Shown piece after piece: positions 47,565-56,386 of a stretch of 64,000 nt of DNA. Every line of letters starts with the position of its first letter. The first letter of the stretch is position 1. The position numbers and the translations under genes are program-made. The notes beneath the pieces are model-generated. The model saw only the letters and a program-made list of their open reading frames with translations. It was not told where the DNA came from and ran no database searches. Origin of the DNA: a virus (lineage: Duplodnaviria > Caudoviricetes); IMG/VR virus record IMGVR_UViG_2767802108_000001, positions 25,135 to 89,134 of that record; one strand, given 5' to 3'.

Positions 47565-47586
47565 CACCCCCGCCACGGAGCACCAC

Positions 47587-47955
47587 GTGACCGCACCACA
47601 CCAGCCCACCAATCGCTCCATAGGCGACGTCAGCGAAGCCATCCGGTGGGCGGAGACCCACATCGAGCAGACGTTCAGCATCGAAGACCTCGCCGTCCGC
47701 GCCCACGTCAGCCGAAGCACCTTTCAACGTCACTTCCGCAAGATCACAGGCTCCGCGCCTCTGGAATGGCTGACCGCCAGACGCATGGACCGCGCCAAGC
47801 ACCTGCTGGCCACCACCAACCTCCCCATCCGGGCGGTCGCACGCCGCTCCGGCTTTCACGACGAGCCCCTGTTCCGCTACCACTGGCGTCGGCTGGTAGG
47901 CGGCACACCCTCGGGCTGGAGGAAGAAGCAGTCCGCGAGCCGGGACGCATCCTGA
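47587..47955 (+). CDS. Stand-alone AraC-type HTH resembling the AdpA DNA-binding domain
   Basis: W...H..Q.F..E.LA.RA..SR.TF.R.FR..TGSAPLEWL...A..LL.T......VA.R.GF. Confidence 0.8.
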   Translation: MTAPHQPTNRSIGDVSEAIRWAETHIEQTFSIEDLAVRAHVSRSTFQRHFRKITGSAPLEWLTARRMDRAKHLLATTNLPIRAVARRSGFHDEPLFRYHWRRLVGGTPSGWRKKQSASRDAS

Positions 47956-48023
47956 GCCAGGGGAACGTCCGCCGGTTTCCGGTGCATCGTGACAGCGATC
48001 ACCCGCACGAACGGAGACCGCCC

Positions 48024-48169
48024 ATGGCCCACACCCCGACTGGCACACCCTCGCCGAAGCCGACGAACGGCACTGGCTCGACCAGTGGGCCCGCGGCCTC
48101 ATCAACCCCACCACCCTCGAGCTGGCCGACCCCGCGCCCGCTTCCGTCCTCGCCGGAGCCACCGCATGA
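48024..48169 (+). pseudogene. Small ORF with an apparent 1-nt deletion in a C run
   Basis: GGAG + ATG at 48024 is one base out of frame with a GC3-biased frame that ends in an ATGA overlap at 48166-48169. Confidence 0.45.
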
Positions 48170-48330
48170 CCGCCCCCACGCCCACGCGGCCCGCCAAACC
48201 CCGCATCACCTACCCGCGGCCCCCACTTGTCCGCGACCACACTGCCCTCTTCCGTGAGGCCACCTACACGGACGGGCAGCCATACAACGACGGCGACCTC
48301 GAGGACGACGAGCCCAACGGTGAGTGGTGA
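48166..48330 (+). CDS. Small hypothetical protein
   Basis: GGAG RBS; codon bias. Confidence 0.5.
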   Translation: MTAPTPTRPAKPRITYPRPPLVRDHTALFREATYTDGQPYNDGDLEDDEPNGEW

Positions 48331-48392
48331 CCATGTGGTCACCACCTTCGGGTCAGAATGACGACAAGGTGGTGACCACATGGTCACCACCT
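48324..48392. repeat. Nested palindromes, candidate parS centromere
   Basis: GTGGTGACCA-TG-TGGTCACCAC and AGGTGGTGACCA-CA-TGGTCACCACCT, also inverted relative to each other; just 3' of the par operon. Confidence 0.75.
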
Positions 48393-48417
48393 CGAGACGC
48401 CGCCCGTCGCAGAGTCG

Positions 48418-49329
48418 TCAGCCCAAATTCCCCGACAACTCCTCCACCAGCTCACGCACCGCGGACTCCAGCTCCTCCGCCTCACGACGAGCACGCGCCG
48501 GATCCCGCTCCGCCAACTCCCGGATCCTCTCCACCGCCCGCAACGACTCACTCACCTGAGCCGCCGTGGGCGGCTTCTCCTGTTTCTGCACCGTCGGCCC
48601 CGGCAGCTCCTTCGGCGGCGCATAGCCGAGGAAGTTCGCCGCCTGCATCAGCGTCTTATCGGTGACGTTGCCGTGCCGGGCCGCCTCCAACCACGTCTCC
48701 CGCACCGCCTCCCGACCGTGCGCCTCCAGGACCGGCACCAGCACCCGCAGTGGACGCTCCTTCAGTTCCTGGGTGGTGATGTCCTCGAGGGCCTGCGCGA
48801 CCGGCATCACGCGGAGGATGTTGTTCGCCTGATGCTTCTTGATCCCAAACCGGGAGTCGGTCAGCTCACCGAAGGTGTTGAACCCGGCCGTCTTGTGGAG
48901 CTCCTCATCCTTCATCGCCTGCAACCGCAGCCCCAGCCCGATCAGCTTCTGCTGCTCCGCTCGCTCGTGGTTGGCGCGGGCCGCGTACTGCACAGCGAGG
49001 ATGCCGCGGGAGTAGAACTCCAGCCGCTCCACCGGGTCGTCACTGTCAGGCTGGGTGAACGCCGGCATCGGCAGATAGCCCGCAGCCCCGGCCGACGCCA
49101 CCTCGATCTCCCCGGTCGAATCGTCCTCCCCCGTAGAATCGTCCACCGATCCGTCGGCCTGTTCGGGCAGTGCTGGTGCCGTAGCAGGGACAGCGGTCAG
49201 CACCGGAGCGGCTGCGGCCTCACGGGCACGCCGCTGGTTCTCTTCCCACTCCCGCAGCTGATTCTCACGCGACTGATCCCCACCACCCTGACCAATCACC
49301 GGAATCGGTGGTGGCGCCTTCCGGGTCAC
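48418..49329 (-). CDS. Putative partition adaptor (non-canonical ParB position)
   Basis: Coupled to parA; low-complexity N-terminus, HTH-like GFNTFGEL...RFGI; no ParB CTPase GxxR motif seen. Confidence 0.65.
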   Translation of the reverse strand: MTRKAPPPIPVIGQGGGDQSRENQLREWEENQRRAREAAAAPVLTAVPATAPALPEQADGSVDDSTGEDDSTGEIEVASAGAAGYLPMPAFTQPDSDDPVERLEFYSRGILAVQYAARANHERAEQQKLIGLGLRLQAMKDEELHKTAGFNTFGELTDSRFGIKKHQANNILRVMPVAQALEDITTQELKERPLRVLVPVLEAHGREAVRETWLEAARHGNVTDKTLMQAANFLGYAPPKELPGPTVQKQEKPPTAAQVSESLRAVERIRELAERDPARARREAEELESAVRELVEELSGNLG

Positions 49330-50471
49330 GCTGCCAACTCCTTCGCCAGCGACCGCATCACCTGAGCCTGCTCAGACTCCGGCGCATGCACCAGCAGCGG
49401 CACCTGATAGTCCGACGCCTCCCGGCCCTCCACCAGATCCCGAATCGTGCCCAGCGTCCCCGGCGTCGTCAGCTCGTTCCACCCCTCGTAAAAGGAGCGC
49501 GTTCCGACACCCTTCCGCGGGTCGTAGGCGTTCACAACGAAGCCCAGCTGGTCCACCACCGCGCCCGTCATCCGGCAGTGCGTGTCGATCTGCTCGTTCA
49601 ACATCTCGTACGCGTCGAACGACGACCGGTCCGACCAGACCGGCACCAGGATCCCGGAGTGGTCGATGAGCTCGCCCGGACGGCGCTGCACGTAGTTGAT
49701 GGCGAGGTCTATGGCCAGACCCAGGTTTGGCGGGCCATCCAGGATGATGACGTCGTAGCCGTCCTCGACCGGCGCCAGCGCACGCGCCAGACAGGTGTCC
49801 CGGCCAACCTGGAGCAACGCCAGCTTGGCGTCCATCAAGAAGGCGTCCTTCGATGCGGGCAGCACGTGCAGTCGGCCGCCGAACCGCTCGTGCGGCAGCG
49901 CCACCAGCGACCGTGCCAGATGCCGGTCCGCCTCACCGAGCATGTGCTTCAGCAGACTGTCCGACCCCTCCGGCAGACCCGGAATCTGAAGCCGGCTGGT
50001 GAGGTGGCCCTGCGGGTCGTAGTCGACCAGGAGGACGTTCAGGCCCATCTCTGCCATGGCCTGCGCCAGACCGGAGGCAACGAACGTCTTGCCGACGCCG
50101 CCCTTCTGGTTGCCCACCAGGATCCGCTTCACCGGCTGAGCCACCCGGCGCTCCGTGGGGGAGGGGTGCGCCTCGAGCCACAGGGCGATGGCCTGCGCCA
50201 TGCCCTGCACCTTCGTCAGCTGCCGGGCTTCGCACTCGGCAGTGAACCGGGCCGGGCCGCCGGCGGGAAGGAACACCCCCCACGACTTGGCACCGCGAGT
50301 CTCGACCTCCGGGGAATGCGGGGACTCCAGCCATAGGGTGATGGCGGACGCGGCGGCGTCCTGCATGTTCAGCCCGTGCTCGGCCGCCCGGATCCGCAGG
50401 TCCCTGCGGAGTTCGGGCGTCAGGTTGACGAGCAACTTTTCGCGCGCTTCGTCGGCGCCTGGATGTGTCAT
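49326..50471 (-). CDS. parA: ParA family ATPase with an N-terminal tandem RHH-like extension
   Basis: NQKGGVGKT, LVDYDPQG and ILDGPP motifs. Confidence 0.92.
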   Translation of the reverse strand: MTHPGADEAREKLLVNLTPELRRDLRIRAAEHGLNMQDAAASAITLWLESPHSPEVETRGAKSWGVFLPAGGPARFTAECEARQLTKVQGMAQAIALWLEAHPSPTERRVAQPVKRILVGNQKGGVGKTFVASGLAQAMAEMGLNVLLVDYDPQGHLTSRLQIPGLPEGSDSLLKHMLGEADRHLARSLVALPHERFGGRLHVLPASKDAFLMDAKLALLQVGRDTCLARALAPVEDGYDVIILDGPPNLGLAIDLAINYVQRRPGELIDHSGILVPVWSDRSSFDAYEMLNEQIDTHCRMTGAVVDQLGFVVNAYDPRKGVGTRSFYEGWNELTTPGTLGTIRDLVEGREASDYQVPLLVHAPESEQAQVMRSLAKELAA

Positions 50472-51190
50472 GGCGAGCAAATTACCAGTCGATCATGCGC
50501 AGGGAAGGTACCGGACCGACGACTCACTGGACGATGTCGTTGAACCATGGTCAGTACATGGCGGGTTGCCGGGGTTTCTCCTCGCCCGTTCGGGTGACAC
50601 CCGCACCCGCTCCTTGCCCCGTGCATCCAAGCCGTCTTGGCTGGCCACTGTCGGCCCACGCTAGGTAGCCGGCCGTCGGACCGAGGAACCCCCACGAGAC
50701 GCCACGGAGCAACGGGCCGCCCCGTATCGCAGCCTCCCGGCGTCTCCCCTCGGTCCCGACGCAACCCCCGCCCACACCCCCGGGAGCGGCCCGGATCCGG
50801 TGGGGAACGCGTCTACCAGCGTGACGGCAACCGTGACTAGACTGGCGTCACCGAACGGGCATGCCCGTGAGGTCTCTAGCCCCCTCACCGGAAACCGGGC
50901 GTTGTCGGCAACAACCGCCCCTGGTGCCGGGGGCACCTTCATCCCCCGACCGGCCTGTACACCGGGTACCGTCGCAGCCCGTAACAGAACCAGCCACCAC
51001 AGTCACGGAACCGGTCACGGCCCGGTGAAAACTGCCACCGGTCTTCGCCACCGGCCAAAATCAGTGCCACAGTGGGCACCCGCGGTTCGGAACGGCAGCC
51101 GGCCCGCGCCAGGGTGCCCACACCCGTGAGGGAGCGGGCAAACGAGGACCCTGCACCCTTCCCGCACTGCCGGAGGAGCGGAGACGCCCC

Positions 51191-51625
51191 ATGTCCGCAG
51201 CACAACCGGCCGACCCCGCACACCCCTACGTCCCAGCAGACGTGAACGGCCCCGACGACGCGGCCGTAATCCCCCTCGACCAGCACCGCGGACCCCGCGG
51301 TGTCCTACGAGCGGTCAGGGAACGGTGGTCACCCATGGGCAACATCGAGGACCACGACCAGGTCCACGCACTGCGCGACACCGGCCAGAGCCCGGACAAC
51401 GGTGTCCCGGCCCTCGACGCGTTCGCCAGCAGCATCGAAACGAGCTTCCTGGAAATCGGGCAGTCCCTCACCGACCCGCACACCGCGGCCGCCTTCCAAC
51501 GGACCCTGGACGTGTGGGAGCGGATCCTCCAAGGCCACCACGCGCAAGGCACCATCGACGACCAGCAACTCGACCGGCTGCTGGAAACCCTGCACGGCAT
51601 GCGGCAGGCCCCAACTCTGCTCTAA
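51191..51625 (+). CDS. Hypothetical protein
   Basis: GGAG RBS; codon bias. Confidence 0.65.
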   Translation: MSAAQPADPAHPYVPADVNGPDDAAVIPLDQHRGPRGVLRAVRERWSPMGNIEDHDQVHALRDTGQSPDNGVPALDAFASSIETSFLEIGQSLTDPHTAAAFQRTLDVWERILQGHHAQGTIDDQQLDRLLETLHGMRQAPTLL

Positions 51626-51874
51626 CGATGCCCGCCTGACGGCTTGTCCGAGTATGCCGGGGGTTCTTCCACTCTGCCCCCGGCGTGCACGCCACACCCG
51701 TGCAACAGCCTGTTGATCAACAGTCGCGAAACGTTCAACTTCCGACCCACGCATGCCATAGTGGGGCGTCCGGAAACAACCGGAACACCGCATAACTGGT
51801 CTCCGGCGCGCGCCCCCTGCACCAGCACGGACGCCCCGCGCCCCCGGGGACCCCAGGGGACGGGGAAACAACCC

Positions 51875-52432
51875 ATGAACCAGCCGGAAGACAGCGCAGC
51901 CTCAAGATTCCGCGACCTCACCGCCTACATGCGTGAGCGTCCCGTCACCGGACCCGAAGGCCACTCGTACATCGGCAACACCCCCCGCGGCACCGCCACC
52001 CACCCCGGCCTCCCCATCAACGTCCGCGTCCTCGAACACGTCGATCGGACCGTTGCTGAAGTCGTCCAGTACACCCGGGAGAACAACCCCGCCGCGGCTC
52101 CCGTCCCCCAGAACGTGCAGGACGTCTACCGCTGGTGCGTGGAAAACACCGTCAACGCCCCCGAAGCGGAACAGCAGCGCCGGGAAACCCTGGAGTACAA
52201 GCACCAGCTGGAGCACGCCGTAGCCGCTGGCGACGTTGCCGTCATCCGCCCGCACCGCTGCCCCGAATGCGGCACCTTCGGCCTCATGTGGGACAACCTG
52301 AAGCAGCGGATTGTCTGCACCAACCTGGAGTGTGTCGACGAGGACGGCCTGACCACCATCGTCGAGTTCGCCCGCCTCGCCCACCTCTACGTGGCGGCCC
52401 GCAAGAATATTCGGCAGGTGCGTGCAACCTGA
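51875..52432 (+). CDS. Zinc-ribbon hypothetical protein (possible regulator)
   Basis: CPECGTFGL.W...CTN.EC. Confidence 0.7.
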   Translation: MNQPEDSAASRFRDLTAYMRERPVTGPEGHSYIGNTPRGTATHPGLPINVRVLEHVDRTVAEVVQYTRENNPAAAPVPQNVQDVYRWCVENTVNAPEAEQQRRETLEYKHQLEHAVAAGDVAVIRPHRCPECGTFGLMWDNLKQRIVCTNLECVDEDGLTTIVEFARLAHLYVAARKNIRQVRAT

Positions 52433-52560
52433 AACGGGGTACGCGAGTCGTACCTAGCATCGAGAAACAACTGCACACCTTCACCACACCCGGACCCTCA
52501 GGGTCCACCCGTATCGGCCGCCGGAGCTGCGAACGATGGCCGCCGACCATGGGAGGCCGC

Positions 52561-52791
52561 ATGGCCACAGCACTGGCAAACCCGTACGTTCCCCGCGATG
52601 AGCGGAAGATGGACGACGCCGTCATCCTCCTCGAAGAGACCGGCTACCCGATCTCCAAGAGCACCCTGGAGCGGCAGTGCCGCAAGCACGGCGTCCCCTT
52701 GACTCGCCGTAACCGGGCCAACTGGGTTTCCTGGACTGCCGTCCTCAAGGTCCACGCCGCGTGGGTCGACTCCCGCGACGACCTCCCCTGA
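52561..52791 (+). CDS. Small HTH protein
   Basis: GGAGG RBS; GYPISKSTLERQC. Confidence 0.65.
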   Translation: MATALANPYVPRDERKMDDAVILLEETGYPISKSTLERQCRKHGVPLTRRNRANWVSWTAVLKVHAAWVDSRDDLP

Positions 52792-52811
52792 CGCCGGCCA
52801 CCCCCTGAACT

Positions 52812-52852
52812 GCCCCTGACCGTCTGCCCCCAGCAGGTGGTCAGGGGCTTTC
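52812..52852 (+). terminator. Intrinsic terminator
   Basis: GCCCCTGACC...GGTCAGGGGC-TTTC. Confidence 0.75.
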
Positions 52853-52880
52853 TCATGCCCTGACACAACCAACCCCGGCG

Positions 52881-52918
52881 TACGCATTGCGTTGCCATGT
52901 CTATACGGGTACGGTGGA
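52881..52918 (+). promoter_or_regulatory. Repeated 38-bp promoter/operator, copy 1
   Basis: TTGCGT-N17-TACGGT; 36/38 identical to 58744-58781. Confidence 0.8.
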
Positions 52919-52986
52919 CACATCAAGACAGCACCCCACCCCCAACCAGGGGTGAACGCTCTCCTCTTGCCCTCCCTGGAGCCACC

Positions 52987-53343
52987 GTGGCCGTGATGAC
53001 GCATGCCCGCCCCAGCCTCGAAGCCGACTACCGGACCCTGAGCCCCGTCGCGCAGGCCGTCATTGACAAGGCCATGGACAAGGCCGACAACGCCCTCACC
53101 ACCAGCGACTACACCGACGCCATGGAGTACGTCGCCATCGCCGCGGGCATCGCGCTCCCCGCCTCCAACGACCTGGCCATCTGCTCATGCCGCAACGACG
53201 CCGGCGGCTGCGGATGCTCCGTCATCTTCGACACCGCCCTCCCCGGCGCCGTCGTCACCGCGGTCAACGACCCGGACTGCAACCTGTCGCAGCTCCAGTG
53301 CCCCACCTGCGGTCACGACCACCCCCGCCCCATCACCGACTGA
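52987..53343 (+). CDS. Cys-rich hypothetical protein
   Basis: GGAG RBS; CSC, CGC and CPTCG motifs. Confidence 0.7.
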   Translation: MAVMTHARPSLEADYRTLSPVAQAVIDKAMDKADNALTTSDYTDAMEYVAIAAGIALPASNDLAICSCRNDAGGCGCSVIFDTALPGAVVTAVNDPDCNLSQLQCPTCGHDHPRPITD

Positions 53344-53364
53344 CCCAGAGAGGCTGCCGCTGGG

Positions 53365-53496
53365 ATGGATCCGGGCATGTGGGTGCTCGTCGCCTACGAG
53401 GGCGACTCCCAGGAGCGCGCCCGGATGCGGCGTCTGTCCAACGCGGAGATCGACGCGCTGCGTACCGCCGATTCGTTCGCCCGCATCTACGAGTGA
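53365..53496 (+). CDS. Very small hypothetical protein (43 aa)
   Basis: GC3-biased frame MDPGMWVLVAYEG... Confidence 0.35.
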   Translation: MDPGMWVLVAYEGDSQERARMRRLSNAEIDALRTADSFARIYE

Positions 53497-53569
53497 ACAC
53501 CCCCAAGCCGCCCGGCGGCGCGTGAAGCCGACACCGCGCCGCCGGGCGAACAACCCCAGGAGAAGCCAC

Positions 53570-53992
53570 ATGCGGAGCACAAGCCGAGTCCTTCAGCTCG
53601 CTGCCCACCTGATCAGCCACCGAGGACTCAACACCGGAGAGCAGTTCGTCAACGCCCGCGGCGCTCTGGACATCTGCGCAGCGATCTACATGGCCGCCGA
53701 GAAGTACACGTTGCCGGAGCGGCTGGACGTCCCCACCGAGTTTCGGACCGACGAGTGCGCCTCCCTCGCCCTGATCGAGTCCAGCGACCGCGCCATGGCC
53801 GCCATCCGCGCGATCAGCGCCGCCCTCGACACCGAACCCTGCGAGACCAACGGCGTCCCCGACTACATCGAGCACGTCTCCAACTGGGCCGCCACCCGCG
53901 CCCCCTTCGCCAGCGCGCCGCCCACCACCTCCGAGGTCATCGGCCGCATCCTCCGCGCCGCCGACACCCTCAACCACCAGACCGCCGCCTGA
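53570..53992 (+). CDS. Hypothetical protein (DUF6197-like)
   Basis: VL..AA..I..RG...ALDICAAI and EVI..ILRAAD motifs. Confidence 0.7.
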   Translation: MRSTSRVLQLAAHLISHRGLNTGEQFVNARGALDICAAIYMAAEKYTLPERLDVPTEFRTDECASLALIESSDRAMAAIRAISAALDTEPCETNGVPDYIEHVSNWAATRAPFASAPPTTSEVIGRILRAADTLNHQTAA

Positions 53993-54003
53993 AAGGACAC
54001 GCC

Positions 54004-54333
54004 ATGACCGTGCAGACCTTCACCCCGCCCACCAGCCCCTTCGCCCGCGACCCCTTCTACGCCATGGGCGCCGCCGACGCCTACGACGAACACCAAGCCG
54101 GCCTCAGCGTCCACGACCTCCTGCGCCGCGCCGACGAGATGCTCGACAACGCCCCCACCGGCCCCGTCCCCGCCAACTACTACGTCTGCGGCTACGCCAA
54201 CGCCGTCCGCGGCCTCTTCAACAGCCACATCGCGCAGATCAACGCGCAGGCCGACGTCGCCCAGACCTGGCTGGCCCGCAAGCAGGGCCGCGAGACCAGC
54301 ACCCTCCACCAGCGCCACCGCACCCACCGCTGA
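54004..54333 (+). CDS. Hypothetical protein
   Basis: AAGGA RBS; codon bias. Confidence 0.7.
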   Translation: MTVQTFTPPTSPFARDPFYAMGAADAYDEHQAGLSVHDLLRRADEMLDNAPTGPVPANYYVCGYANAVRGLFNSHIAQINAQADVAQTWLARKQGRETSTLHQRHRTHR

Positions 54334-54407
54334 ACCATCCCCCCGCACCGCACGAGCACCGGAGCACCACCCGAAACCAGCCCCACCCCGACCACCGGGA
54401 GCCAGCA

Positions 54408-55070
54408 ATGACCAGGACCGTACGCACCACCACCAAGAAGACCCCCGCCAAGAAGACGGCGAAGAAGACCACCGCCCCCCGTACCCGCAAGCAGACCCAG
54501 CCCCGCCTCTCCCTGGTCAAGCCCACCCCGCCCCGACCCGCCCGCGCCCTCGACTTCATCACCGACGCACAGATCTACGCCGTCCACACCGCCCGCCAAG
54601 CCGGCCTGCCCATCCACCGCATCCGCGACTGGCGCGACCACCGAGACGGCACCGCCACCCGGCCCCTGGCCGACGGCAGCACCCTCCACTACACGCTCGC
54701 CACCCGCACCCTCCGCTGGCAAGCCATCTGCCCCATGGGCGGCATCCACGAGTACGTCCTCACGTCACCGTCCACCGCCGCCGCGGCCCGCGTCCACGCC
54801 GACCGCTGCCAGCAGGAGCACGCCGACCTCACCACCGTGCAGCCCCTCACCCCGGACGAACTCGCCGCCCTCGGCATCCACACCGGTCCCACCTGGGCCC
54901 GGCCCCTCCCCGGCGAACCCGCCACGGAGTCCATCCCTCTCCCCGCCCGTTCGGTCGCCCGCGCTACCGCATCAGCCGCCGACACCCAGCCCATGTCCAC
55001 CCGCGAGATAGCCGCAGGCATCGCCGCCCGCGCCGACAACGACCAGCCGAAGGAGCACCCCCAGCCGTGA
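54408..55070 (+). CDS. Hypothetical protein with basic N-terminus
   Basis: KKTPAKKTAKK; GGGAG RBS. Confidence 0.7.
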   Translation: MTRTVRTTTKKTPAKKTAKKTTAPRTRKQTQPRLSLVKPTPPRPARALDFITDAQIYAVHTARQAGLPIHRIRDWRDHRDGTATRPLADGSTLHYTLATRTLRWQAICPMGGIHEYVLTSPSTAAAARVHADRCQQEHADLTTVQPLTPDELAALGIHTGPTWARPLPGEPATESIPLPARSVARATASAADTQPMSTREIAAGIAARADNDQPKEHPQP

Positions 55071-55984
55071 CCACCATCGAATGGACCGAGCAGACCTGGA
55101 ACCCGACTTCGGGTTGTGACCGCATCAGCCCCGGATGCGATCACTGCTACGCCCTCACCATGGCCAAGCGACTCAAGGGCATGGGGCAGGCCAAGTACCA
55201 GAACGACGGCAACCCCAAGACCTCCGGACCCGGCTTCGCCCTCACCATCCACCCGGACGTGCTCACCGAGCCGCTGCGCTGGAAGAAGCCCCGCAAGGTC
55301 TTCGTCAACTCCATGAGCGACCTCTTCCACGCCCGGGTACCCCGCGAGTTCCTGGCCCGCGTGTTCGCCGTCATGGCCGCCACTCCGCAGCACACCTACC
55401 AGATCCTCACCAAGCGCCCGGAGCGCGCCGCCCGCATCCTTACCGACCTGTGCACCTGCGGCGTGGGTCACCCGCCCGGCGAGCACTTCCGCTCATCCAT
55501 GGAGTGGGCCGCCACCTCTCACAGCCCCACCTACGTGCCCGGCCTGGAGTCCGGCATATACCACCGCTCCGCCTGGCCCCTGCCCAACGTGTGGATCGGC
55601 ACGTCCATCGAGTCCGACGACTACACCCGCCGCGCCGCTGCCCTCCGCAACACCCCGGCCGCCATCCGATTCATCTCTGCCGAACCCCTCCTGGGACCGC
55701 TGCCGTCGCTCAACCTGACCGACGTCGACTGGCTGATCATCGGCGGCGAGTCCGGGCCCGGCGCGCGAGTCCTCGAACCCTGGTGGATCGACGACCTCGT
55801 GTACGAGGCCCGCCAAGCTGGCGCCGCTCCGTTCGTGAAGCAGCTTGGATCCGTCTGGGCCCGCCACACCATGGTCGGCGGCAAGACCGTCGCGGCTTGG
55901 GGCGACACCAAGGGCGGCAACCCCGCTCACTGGCCCGCACAGCTCCGCGTCCGCGAGTACCCCGAGGCAGGCAGCGATGGCTGA
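55067..55984 (+). CDS. Phage Gp37/Gp68 (DUF5131) family protein
   Basis: IEWT..TWNP.SGC..ISPGCDHCYA, FVNSMSDLFH, LTKRP, SAEPLLG, IGGESG and FVKQLG motifs. Confidence 0.92.
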   Translation: MTTIEWTEQTWNPTSGCDRISPGCDHCYALTMAKRLKGMGQAKYQNDGNPKTSGPGFALTIHPDVLTEPLRWKKPRKVFVNSMSDLFHARVPREFLARVFAVMAATPQHTYQILTKRPERAARILTDLCTCGVGHPPGEHFRSSMEWAATSHSPTYVPGLESGIYHRSAWPLPNVWIGTSIESDDYTRRAAALRNTPAAIRFISAEPLLGPLPSLNLTDVDWLIIGGESGPGARVLEPWWIDDLVYEARQAGAAPFVKQLGSVWARHTMVGGKTVAAWGDTKGGNPAHWPAQLRVREYPEAGSDG

Positions 55985-56180
55985 CCAGGACGCCTACGTC
56001 ACCGAGCTGGCGAGCGAACTCCAGCACCGCCACCCCGACCTGGTCTCCGCCGAAAACGACCTCGCCGTCCACCGCGGCCGCCTCGCCATCGTCGTCCGCT
56101 TCCTCCACAACGAAGCCATCGCCCACGACATCAGGCTCAACCTCGCCCGCGACCTCAAACTCCCCGAACCCAGCCGATGA
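55977..56180 (+). CDS. Small hypothetical protein
   Basis: Coupled within the operon. Confidence 0.65.
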   Translation: MADQDAYVTELASELQHRHPDLVSAENDLAVHRGRLAIVVRFLHNEAIAHDIRLNLARDLKLPEPSR

Positions 56181-56386
56181 CCGAATACGAGATCGCCTGC
56201 CAAGGCAAAAGCCGCTTCCCCAACCGGCGGGCCGCCAAGAACCGGTCCAACCAGATCCGCCGCGAAGGCGGCCCCGCCATGCGGCCCTACCACTGCACCA
56301 AGTTCTGCGGCCTCTGGCATCTCGGTCATCGGCCCGGCCACGCCACCTACCTCCGACGCGGACAACCCCTGGAGCCCACCCCATGA
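56177..56386 (+). CDS. Small Cys/His protein
   Basis: C.GK.RF...A and PYHC..CGLWHL motifs. Confidence 0.7.
   Translation: MTEYEIACQGKSRFPNRRAAKNRSNQIRREGGPAMRPYHCTKFCGLWHLGHRPGHATYLRRGQPLEPTP

Noticed and set aside
48324-48392. Protelomerase (telRL) target
   Set aside because: No protelomerase was recognised, and the position right after the par operon favours parS or a terminator.
51784-51812. Second dif-like site (ACACCGCATAA...)
   Set aside because: Only the left half matches; there is no TTATG arm after the 6-bp spacer.
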